Shown: one piece after another, positions 18,817 to 26,978 of the stretch
Layout of the letters: every line of letters begins with the position of its first letter
Numbering within the stretch: the stretch's first letter is position 1
Sequence record: PV467748.1
Origin: a phage
DNA length: 64,000 nucleotides
Direction: 5' to 3' (one strand)
Translations under genes and position numbers: made by a program
The notes under the pieces: generated by a model
What the model was told of the DNA's origin: nothing
Seen by the model: only the letters and a program-made list of their open reading frames with translations
Databases searched by the model: none

Positions 18817-20255
18817 TAAAATTTGATAGATGCTGCTAAATCGTCCAAATCACTTCTATTAACACGCGTCTGTCTATTGACCTCGGCTTGACGATTCATC
18901 TCACCTGTAGCCTCACGTACGGTGTTCACTGGGCCTGGGTTGGAATCGTCTTCAACTTCGTACCAACGTTGATTTCCTTTCTTAACACCAATCTTAAATT
19001 TGTTGTAGTAGCTCTTATCACCATAACGAGATTTAAGCTGCTTAACCATCTGCATACCCATCTGAGCAAATTCTTCTGTCTCGACCACACCTAACATGAA
19101 GTCTGCAGTGTGTGCAATACCAAAGGATTCAGCGATATCAGCCATATCGATTTCGGCTGCAACGTTCGCGCCACGAGTAGTCTGGGCCGCAGTCCACAGC
19201 AATAATTTCTTCTCTACTGCAAGGCCACGTAGTTCTTCGGCAACCATCTTAATCAATCCGTAACTGTTTTCAGAGAAAACTTTCGTACGAGACGATGCAC
19301 AGATGGCCAAGTAGTCAACGATAACGACCTGTGGGACAAAGTTTTGTTTGAGCTTGTATTCGTTTAATAATGCACGGAATGTATCGGCATTCGCACCGCC
19401 GGTAGGATACTGTTTAATCTTTAAACGACCTAAGGTAGCAGTTGAACGCCATTTATCCATCTTAGCTTTATATTCGGGCCACGAGACATGACCATCATCG
19501 ATATCATCCAGTGATACGTCCAGAAGGTTGGCATCAATACGCTTAGCACATACTTCCTCTGCCATCTCCATGGAGATATAAAGAACATCGTAACCGGATT
19601 GAAGGTAATCAGCAGCCAATGAACAAAGACCAAGAGACTTACCTACGTTTGTTCCTGCCAACAATACGTTTTCAGTACCAAACTCGGCACCGCCCTTGGT
19701 AATCTTATTCAGAATATTAAGTCGGAATGGAACTTTACGTGCTTTATCGGAATAACTTTTGAATCGTTCTTCATAGTCATCCATCCAGTCATGACCTAAT
19801 TCAGAATCGAAACAAATCGATAATGCATCACGCATGATATCTGGAATAGCACCAATACCTGGAAGTTTTCTATTTTGTTGCTCAACCGGAAGGTCGGCAT
19901 TAGTTTGGATTTCAATGATTTTTGAAGTTGCATTATACATCGCTGCTTTCTGAACGTATTTCTCCGTCTCTTTAACCAACCATTCTTGGTCTTCAGGTCC
20001 GGCATTCAGCGAACTTAAAAGCTCTTTAGCGCCTTGGTGTTCAACTTCTGAAAGCGTACTGTTATCTAATGCAATGCTCAATGCGTTCTTAGAAGGCACT
20101 GCATTATATTCATTGACGTGTTTTTTAATTTCTTTGAAAAGGGTCTTTGCAGGACCCTGGTCAAAATAAGAATCATTCATATAAGGCCAGACCTTAGTGA
20201 AATAATCACTATTGCCTAACAGTTGAGCCAAAATAGTTTCTACCACTTCCACCAC
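18816..20255 (-). CDS. 41: replicative DNA helicase (DnaB-like)
   Basis: 479 aa; collinear with remembered T4 gp41 (KVWPYM...GPAK, LLAGTNVGKSLGL). Confidence 0.9.
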   Translation of the reverse strand: MVEVVETILAQLLGNSDYFTKVWPYMNDSYFDQGPAKTLFKEIKKHVNEYNAVPSKNALSIALDNSTLSEVEHQGAKELLSSLNAGPEDQEWLVKETEKYVQKAAMYNATSKIIEIQTNADLPVEQQNRKLPGIGAIPDIMRDALSICFDSELGHDWMDDYEERFKSYSDKARKVPFRLNILNKITKGGAEFGTENVLLAGTNVGKSLGLCSLAADYLQSGYDVLYISMEMAEEVCAKRIDANLLDVSLDDIDDGHVSWPEYKAKMDKWRSTATLGRLKIKQYPTGGANADTFRALLNEYKLKQNFVPQVVIVDYLAICASSRTKVFSENSYGLIKMVAEELRGLAVEKKLLLWTAAQTTRGANVAAEIDMADIAESFGIAHTADFMLGVVETEEFAQMGMQMVKQLKSRYGDKSYYNKFKIGVKKGNQRWYEVEDDSNPGPVNTVREATGEMNRQAEVNRQTRVNRSDLDDLAASIKF

Positions 20256-20569
20256 CTCTTAGATTTAATTTTATCCAGTTCTTCTTGTATTTGCATTGTA
20301 ACACATTTTTCTACATGAAGCGCTAGCTCTTCTTTTCGGTCTTCGGAAGGTGTTCCGAAATCAACCGACACTTTTCCATCTTTCTCAATAACAATATTCA
20401 TCACATAAACGATGTGAGCAGTGCCATCAGGTAATGTAAGCATAATTTCCTGCTTAACAGAACCCATTGACTTACGGATTATATCTAATGATTTCTCATA
20501 ATAACGAGGGTCACTAGGACCCTCTTCGGTATCTTTAACAAAATTATCTAAATCAGATAAATCAGTCAT
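20240..20569 (-). CDS. 40: gp40-like protein (109 aa)
   Basis: position between 41 and uvsX as in T4; sequence not verified. Confidence 0.45.
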   Translation of the reverse strand: MTDLSDLDNFVKDTEEGPSDPRYYEKSLDIIRKSMGSVKQEIMLTLPDGTAHIVYVMNIVIEKDGKVSVDFGTPSEDRKEELALHVEKCVTMQIQEELDKIKSKRWWKW

Positions 20570-21743
20570 GGTCGCTCACAAAATTCATATTTTCTAAATC
20601 GTTTTCGATATCAGCTGCGCTTTGAGTGTCGCCACTCAATTTAACTGCAACGTTCTTAGAGACACGAGAGTTAATAAGGTCGTTCACCGCATCATCGACT
20701 TCTTTAATAGAATTAATTGCACCAAGCTTATACTTATTCTCGATTGCTTCACGGAACGGGGCATGTTTAAACAGTGGTCCCCAGAACTCGACACAATCGG
20801 TAGCTTTAGCACGCCATGATTTTTCTTCTTGAACCATTTCACCTGTGGTTTCGTCAAGGAATGCACGATTATACCAACCAGCTTTAGGTTTCACAACAAA
20901 GCCAATATCAGTAGCCATTTCAAGCAATCCACTGAATGGGTCGATACCACCTTCAAAGTTCACAGTAATTGGGAACGTTGATTTCTCTTTAACAGTACGA
21001 GATTTTTCGGCCTTCAGGGTGAAGTCATAACCAGTGAGCTCGGTGCCATCTTTAACCTGACGTTTAGAGATAAAGAATACGGTAGAAGCAGAGTACAGAA
21101 TACCGGTACCGCCACCCATAATCTCTTTAGGATACATTCCACCAATTTCCATAGCCGTATGGTTAATTGCTACACAAGGGATATCCTTGATGGTCAGATA
21201 AGGTGTTACGATACGGAACAGAGATTTCAGTGACTTAGCACGGGTCATATCACCTACAACTTTCTCGTTCAAAGCATCTTCGGTTTCTTTCTTAGAAGCG
21301 GTGTTACCGATGGAGTCGATAAAGATAATAACCTTTTCGCCACGAGTAATTTCTTCTAATTGGTTGGTCATATCAACTTTAAGCTGTTCGACTGACTGGA
21401 TTGGAGTATGGACTACTCGTTCCAAATCAACACCCATCGAACGGAAATAAGATTCTGAAGCACCAAACTCAGAGTCATAGAACAAACAAATTGCGTCTGG
21501 ATATTTCTTCATATATGCCGCAACCATGGTAAGTCCAAACAACGTTTTAAAGTGTTTAGATGGAGCAGCAAAGATTGTCAAACCTGATTGTAAGCCTGCA
21601 TTCAACGCACCGCCTAATGCAATATTCAGCATAGGGATACGAGTAGGAACTTCGTCACGACCATTAAACAATTTAGATTTGGTCAGGTCGGCAGTCATTT
21701 TAGAAGTAGAAGCTTTAATCAAACGGGATTTTAAATCAGACAT
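20562..21743 (-). CDS. uvsX: UvsX recombinase (RecA/Rad51-like)
   Basis: 393 aa; near-collinear with remembered T4 UvsX. Confidence 0.9.
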   Translation of the reverse strand: MSDLKSRLIKASTSKMTADLTKSKLFNGRDEVPTRIPMLNIALGGALNAGLQSGLTIFAAPSKHFKTLFGLTMVAAYMKKYPDAICLFYDSEFGASESYFRSMGVDLERVVHTPIQSVEQLKVDMTNQLEEITRGEKVIIFIDSIGNTASKKETEDALNEKVVGDMTRAKSLKSLFRIVTPYLTIKDIPCVAINHTAMEIGGMYPKEIMGGGTGILYSASTVFFISKRQVKDGTELTGYDFTLKAEKSRTVKEKSTFPITVNFEGGIDPFSGLLEMATDIGFVVKPKAGWYNRAFLDETTGEMVQEEKSWRAKATDCVEFWGPLFKHAPFREAIENKYKLGAINSIKEVDDAVNDLINSRVSKNVAVKLSGDTQSAADIENDLENMNFVSDHD

Positions 21744-21820
21744 TATATTTTTCCATAGGCATCATTATATTTTACTCACGTTTTAAGATAGGGTAATTAT
21801 ATCACTTCACATTTACAGCG

Positions 21821-22714
21821 TTAAAGGACCACGTCCTCATAACTTGGCATTTCGTGCTCAGAATGGATATGGGCACCGAAATAAATGAATTCAGCTAGAC
21901 CAGGATGGAATACTAAACCAGGATTCTCATGATAAATGATATGAGGTCTTGATTTCAGAATCTGATAATATTCAACCTTACTCGGTTTGAATTTAATAAT
22001 CTCTACATCAGGACGATAGTCTTCACGTTTAAATGAATCATTCGGATCGGTGATATAAAGACGAGCACCTTCAGCTGCAGCTTGGTCTACAACTCTTTCG
22101 AATTGATAGCACTTATCTGAAATACGGAATGGGTGGAAAATACCATCAATTTTAATAGGCGCTAGACCATCAGAGTAACGCTCAATTACTGCAGGATTAA
22201 TTACCTTTTGGTCTACAAAAATCTTATCAGAGGACGCACCTCGTGACACCAGGACGTCTTTCTGGCATTGGTTCAAGACCGTAGTATAAATCGAACGTTC
22301 AACTGAAGACACGTCGGTATCAATAAACTCATCGATGTAATAACGAGGAACTTCAGGGTCCATTGTAATGTTAAAGTTGAATTGTACAGTATGGGCACCA
22401 TCATAACCAGTGATATCGGTTACTAAGCCTGAGCAGTCATAGTATTCTATTAACGAATCAACAACGAACTCATTTTCGGACCAAAAATGTTTACGGGTTT
22501 CATAAGCATTTTCTTTATACCAAAGTGGTACGAAATTCAGTTCTGGGAATAATTCAATGCATTCTTTGATATCGCTCGAATTTCTAGGATAAGCCAGATA
22601 ATCACCTGGGCAAGCACGGTTTAAATGGAGTTGGAAATTACCGTCCTTAAGGACGGCATATTCACCTGTTTCGTAACTACGCATACTGAAAATAGGAACG
22701 ATAAACAAACTCAT
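21821..22714 (-). CDS. hypothetical protein (297 aa) in the beta-glucosyltransferase slot; candidate DNA glycosyl/modification transferase
   Basis: sits between uvsX and 42 where T4 has beta-gt, but does not resemble remembered T4 beta-gt. Confidence 0.3.
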   Translation of the reverse strand: MSLFIVPIFSMRSYETGEYAVLKDGNFQLHLNRACPGDYLAYPRNSSDIKECIELFPELNFVPLWYKENAYETRKHFWSENEFVVDSLIEYYDCSGLVTDITGYDGAHTVQFNFNITMDPEVPRYYIDEFIDTDVSSVERSIYTTVLNQCQKDVLVSRGASSDKIFVDQKVINPAVIERYSDGLAPIKIDGIFHPFRISDKCYQFERVVDQAAAEGARLYITDPNDSFKREDYRPDVEIIKFKPSKVEYYQILKSRPHIIYHENPGLVFHPGLAEFIYFGAHIHSEHEMPSYEDVVL

Positions 22715-23409
22715 TTCAGGAAACCTCGGACGTAGTCAAAATCACGTTCAAACACGTGTGCACTTACCATGGTGTGGGAATATGTACCTAAACCGACACC
22801 ACACTGTTCAGCAATAAAGGCCATCAGTTTACCCTGCAGATAGAAATCCAGCTGCATAACAATAGCACAGTTCTGTGAACGCATATGGGTATGTGCATAA
22901 AGACGTCCATCACGAATATAATATGTTACCGAATCGGTACATGGATATTCTAAGGATTCGTCAGAATCAAGGAGGGCTTGGTCTTGTTCTTGGAGAATCT
23001 GGAACACAACGCGTCTTGAGTTAGGTTTCTCTTTAAGCTCTTTAAGTAGGGCTGGGAGTTGGGCCACAATTCGGGGTCCATAGAAAGTGTTGAAGTTTGC
23101 AGGCAATACGTCACTTTTCGGCTTATCAATGAACTTAGCAACATTAGGATATTCCTTAAATGCTTCGGCGGCGTCAGTACCACCGGAAATCATAAACTTC
23201 CAGAAAGATTCGGCATAATCATAGTTGATACGATTAATACGAGGGTCGGTGAACTTGAATGTGCTTGCATCCAGTACTTCAACTGAAGCAGAACCAATTT
23301 CATAACAACGGCCGATACGAGAATCAACTGCAAACTGTGGAGCTTCCAGGATTTCTTCGTTCATTTGCTTAAACGCGTTTTCAAAACTAACAGCGGTAAT
23401 GTGTTTCAT
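22711..23409 (-). CDS. 42: dCMP hydroxymethylase (thymidylate-synthase fold)
   Basis: EYPCTDSVTYYIRDGRLYAHTHMRSQN aligns with remembered gp42 catalytic-Cys region; NSRRVVFQIL. Confidence 0.7.
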   Translation of the reverse strand: MKHITAVSFENAFKQMNEEILEAPQFAVDSRIGRCYEIGSASVEVLDASTFKFTDPRINRINYDYAESFWKFMISGGTDAAEAFKEYPNVAKFIDKPKSDVLPANFNTFYGPRIVAQLPALLKELKEKPNSRRVVFQILQEQDQALLDSDESLEYPCTDSVTYYIRDGRLYAHTHMRSQNCAIVMQLDFYLQGKLMAFIAEQCGVGLGTYSHTMVSAHVFERDFDYVRGFLK

Positions 23410-23948
23410 TTATTCACCTTATTTTCAATATATTCATTCAGACGTTTTAATTCTACCATATCGACGTTAAGCAAGTTATTATAACCGTCGTGATTTAAGA
23501 TTTTAAACACGTTTTCAAAACATGTTTCATATTGGCGGATAGTTAGGTTGAACTCATCTTTGGTTAATTTAATAAGGTCATCTTCAAAGTCTTTATCCAG
23601 TGGATTACGGGTTAAAATAACCTCAATAATATTGAATTCAGATTTAAACCTTTTCCAATCTTCCAGTTCTACATAAGGGTCCATTTCACCACGAAGGAAT
23701 CCCGAGTAAACAATATTACTTGGATAACCACGGTCAAGGATGTAAACGAAATTAGGGTCTAAAAACTTATACAACGTCTCGACTAAAGCCTTGTCATTAT
23801 CGGTCCCTAATGAAATGCATTTGCCATTAATCTTTTTAGGGAAATCAATAAGACGATATTTCTTATCAGAATCAGATAAAAGCGATTCAATTAAAGTAGA
23901 CTTCCCGGAATTATCCGGGCCGTCGATAACAATGATTTTTGGTTTCAC
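23406..23948 (-). CDS. P-loop nucleotide kinase, thymidylate-kinase-like
   Basis: Walker A IIVIDGPDNSGKSTLI; Tmk-like LDRGYPSNIVYSG motif; no counterpart at this position in T4. Confidence 0.6.
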   Translation of the reverse strand: MKPKIIVIDGPDNSGKSTLIESLLSDSDKKYRLIDFPKKINGKCISLGTDNDKALVETLYKFLDPNFVYILDRGYPSNIVYSGFLRGEMDPYVELEDWKRFKSEFNIIEVILTRNPLDKDFEDDLIKLTKDEFNLTIRQYETCFENVFKILNHDGYNNLLNVDMVELKRLNEYIENKVNK

Positions 23949-24319
23949 GGATGATATGCCTTATAGGTTTCAAGAGTTCCTTCACGAACCATTTCTTTAA
24001 AGTGGTCAGGACGGATTGCTCGGTCATCGATGATAAAAGTATAACTTGGTTTATGCGTAAGCAAATTATGATATTTCAAACCAATCTTTTCAAGGTTCTT
24101 AACCAATGCGGGAACTACTTCAACTAAGATTCGACCCGGGCCGCATGAAGTCATGCCACGAGCAGTGAACAACGTAATCTCGTGGCCTTCATCATAAAGC
24201 TTATTAATCATGGACACCATTTCGGTGTCAGGTTTAAAGTTTTCGTAATCACGATTAGAGTCCCAGACCGTGATTGTGTTATCGATATCAAAACACAGAT
24301 GCATTAAATTTTCTTCCAT
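23945..24319 (-). CDS. HAD-superfamily phosphatase (small, capless)
   Basis: motif I CFDIDNTIT (DxDxT), motif II LFTAR, motif IV IIDD. Confidence 0.6.
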   Translation of the reverse strand: MEENLMHLCFDIDNTITVWDSNRDYENFKPDTEMVSMINKLYDEGHEITLFTARGMTSCGPGRILVEVVPALVKNLEKIGLKYHNLLTHKPSYTFIIDDRAIRPDHFKEMVREGTLETYKAYHP

Positions 24320-26007
24320 TGTTTGTGGAGTTCAGTAGAACCTGTAGGTTTATATTTTACACCGGTTTCCTGGTCAAGCAAAACCCACTTATCAGGACAA
24401 CGAGTGATAATTTGAGCCGTGATAGGGCCACGAACTTCATCGACAAATTCACCTGTAATAAGCTTACGCTTACGAGGATGCCGCTTCAGCAGCACACTCA
24501 GTTGGTATAGACCGTTGTAATAAGCACCCAGAGCTTTCAGAGGATTATTCTTAAAGTAACCTGCCAGTGCCATCCAAATAACGGCAATCCAGAGCTTGTG
24601 CTTAAATGTACACATCGGAATATCATCTAAAGACATAACCTTTTCAATATCAACGAATACACGAGTTCCGTTACGAGTTAATCCGCCCCATAGAGGGTCA
24701 GAGTTAAATTTGTCATAGCCATCGATAGAATAAAGCACCTTAGCTTCGTCATAAATCGCAGGGCCTTTAGAACTATTACCAAAATAACCACGTGGGTCGA
24801 TGATTTTAATATCACCTTCGTCCGACAACATAATATTACTGTAGTGCGGGTCACCATGAATAAGTTGGTATGGTTCTTTATGTTCAGACAGAATTTCTAG
24901 TGCATGGCGAAGAAGTTTTTCAGGGTCGCCTACCTTAAAGTCGTTAACATGGGTAATACCCTGTGGGGCAAAGCCTTCAATCAATCCGGCAATAGAAGCA
25001 TTACGAATCAGGACCTTGTCCAATACTTCTTTCTTAACATCAGAATACCATTGCTCATCGGACGGATTATCGATAGTTCCACCGAATGAACGTAATGCAC
25101 TAATGACCTTATAAACCATGAGGACTTTAGTTTCTTTAGACATAAACCGATAGGCATCTGCCATGGTGCGACCAAAGATACGTTCCATTTTAATGAATTC
25201 GCCTGGAGCAAAGTCTACAATGCTCGGAACAAATTCAGAATCAATAGAATTATACCAATTGATTTCTTTAGATTGGATTTCTTTACCTAATTCGTTGGTA
25301 GGTACTTTAATAGCCAGATTCTCAGTGAACTCTAATTTATTAAATTCACGGTTAATTTCAGAATCTTCATGGGCCCTAGCCAGTTTCAATTTGTCACCGA
25401 CATCAACCACAAAGTCCAGCTTACGTTCAGTCAAATGGACCATCGAATCCAGGTTGTCTGCAAGGTCTTCGCCATAATTAGAACGGTCGAAACCTGTCCA
25501 ATTAGCCACCTGATACAAACCAACCACACCACCGCCAGTACCAATTTCACGCAAGTACGGTTCTTCAAATGTAAAACGACAGTCGGTCCCATAGGTATAA
25601 CAGTAGTCGTTATCCCACTCAACTTTATGACCTTCAGGAATAATATCACACCAGTTAAACAAGACATTATGCCCGATGATATCTTCGGCAATGCAATCGA
25701 TAGCATGAGCTGAACCATTGGCGACGTCTACGTTACGAATAGTGAATTTAGGCTTATCACTGGTAATCATGTTAATGGATTTAATGTAACCCTTAACGAG
25801 GTCATTAAATTTGCTGTGAATAACCAGAATAATTTCATCTGATTGGTTACTATACAAATCATACAAATGTTTTAGTACTGTATGCTGTTTGTAGTTAACC
25901 AATACCTTCGGGATTTCGTTAGTAATTGGATACAACCGTGAGCCAAGACCCGCTCCTAAAATAACAACCTTTTTCATTATCTGTTCCTCAAGTGAATGTA
26001 GGTACAT
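24304..26007 (-). CDS. bifunctional nucleotidyltransferase (N-term) / small-molecule kinase (C-term) fusion, 567 aa
   Basis: N-term VVILGAGLGSRLYPITNEIPKVLV (sugar- or choline-phosphate nucleotidyltransferase signature); C-term HGDPHYSNIML...IKIIDP (APH/choline-kinase-like catalytic loop). Confidence 0.65.
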   Translation of the reverse strand: MYLHSLEEQIMKKVVILGAGLGSRLYPITNEIPKVLVNYKQHTVLKHLYDLYSNQSDEIILVIHSKFNDLVKGYIKSINMITSDKPKFTIRNVDVANGSAHAIDCIAEDIIGHNVLFNWCDIIPEGHKVEWDNDYCYTYGTDCRFTFEEPYLREIGTGGGVVGLYQVANWTGFDRSNYGEDLADNLDSMVHLTERKLDFVVDVGDKLKLARAHEDSEINREFNKLEFTENLAIKVPTNELGKEIQSKEINWYNSIDSEFVPSIVDFAPGEFIKMERIFGRTMADAYRFMSKETKVLMVYKVISALRSFGGTIDNPSDEQWYSDVKKEVLDKVLIRNASIAGLIEGFAPQGITHVNDFKVGDPEKLLRHALEILSEHKEPYQLIHGDPHYSNIMLSDEGDIKIIDPRGYFGNSSKGPAIYDEAKVLYSIDGYDKFNSDPLWGGLTRNGTRVFVDIEKVMSLDDIPMCTFKHKLWIAVIWMALAGYFKNNPLKALGAYYNGLYQLSVLLKRHPRKRKLITGEFVDEVRGPITAQIITRCPDKWVLLDQETGVKYKPTGSTELHKQWKKI

Positions 26008-26037
26008 TATACACTATTTTTAATAAATTGGTATTGC

Positions 26038-26538
26038 TTAAATCTTATCTTTACCGATTTCAATACACTGTTCTATTGCCGCCGGTACTTTGGTCTTGAG
26101 CTTATCGATTTGTTTCTTATAATCACGAGCTTTACCGAAGCTCTCGGTTTCGAGCATTTCGTAATAACGAGCCTCGTGGATGGAAATCTGTAGATTGATA
26201 TGATTTACACACATCGCATACAGTTTCTGCTTTTTGTACAAATCATCTTGACGCTTCATTTCTGCCTGGTGTTTGGCTAGTACCGCTTCACGCTTAGACT
26301 CTTGTTCACGTTGGAATTCGATTTCCCTTTGAGCATATTTTGCACAGTTATTACCGCATTGATTATTAGCTCGGGTATACACAAGTCCGGAACCAGCACG
26401 GAATTTCATTTCACCGTCATATTGTTTCTGTTCAGCTGCGATACGAGCTTTACCAACTTCATCAGCCGAAACTGCATCGCCATATTGGACCGCGCAACCT
26501 GATAGGAGCATACTCATTGCGATAATTAACTTTTTCAT
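26038..26538 (-). CDS. predicted lipoprotein (166 aa)
   Basis: signal peptide with lipobox LSGC; helical, charged remainder. Confidence 0.5.
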   Translation of the reverse strand: MKKLIIAMSMLLSGCAVQYGDAVSADEVGKARIAAEQKQYDGEMKFRAGSGLVYTRANNQCGNNCAKYAQREIEFQREQESKREAVLAKHQAEMKRQDDLYKKQKLYAMCVNHINLQISIHEARYYEMLETESFGKARDYKKQIDKLKTKVPAAIEQCIEIGKDKI

Positions 26539-26545
26539 AATATCC

Positions 26546-26683
26546 TCAATTAAAACAGTTATACTTAATTTGTGCTATAAGAATAATCCATCCAATGATG
26601 AGTGTCGGAATCATTGGCGGAATTGCCACTGCCCAGTAAATGGTAAAGGCAGACATTATAAGAAATAAAATAATTATTTTCAT
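26546..26683 (-). CDS. small membrane peptide (45 aa), not in the ORF track
   Basis: MKIIILFLIMSAFTIYWAVAIPPMIPTLIIGWIIL...; ATGA overlap with the imm stop. Confidence 0.3.
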   Translation of the reverse strand: MKIIILFLIMSAFTIYWAVAIPPMIPTLIIGWIILIAQIKYNCFN

Positions 26684-26916
26684 TGCTTGACAATAATGAT
26701 TTGTGCATTTGATTTACGTTCAGCGACGATGGCCCAGATTAAAGCCACTACCCAACCAATCATCGTCCAACCCAACAGGAGGTTTAGGAAGAAAATTCCG
26801 ACATTACTACGAGTGCCTCGCAGAAGAGCCAGAATCCATGGTAAAAAGTAACCGATGAACATAATAACCAGAGAACCGAATCCTAAAACACCAGCACTAA
26901 CGATTAAAGCTTCCAT
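26680..26916 (-). CDS. imm: superinfection immunity protein Imm
   Basis: 78-aa two-TM protein with LNLLLGWTMIGWVVALIWA motif; position between 43 and 42. Confidence 0.65.
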   Translation of the reverse strand: MEALIVSAGVLGFGSLVIMFIGYFLPWILALLRGTRSNVGIFFLNLLLGWTMIGWVVALIWAIVAERKSNAQIIIVKQ

Positions 26917-26935
26917 TGTAATTTCCTCATGTAGT

Positions 26936-26978
26936 TGATAGGAAGGATATTACCACGTTCCTTGTGGTATGTAAACAC
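26936..26978 (-). promoter_or_regulatory. T4-type early promoter upstream of imm
   Basis: minus GTTTACATACCACAAGGAACGTGGTAATATCC. Confidence 0.5.

Noticed and set aside
23406-24319. P-loop kinase plus HAD phosphatase read as a split polynucleotide kinase/phosphatase
   Set aside because: The kinase has the Tmk-type DRxxxSxxxY motif rather than a polynucleotide-kinase-like sequence, and T4 pseT maps elsewhere; cannot be excluded without a search.
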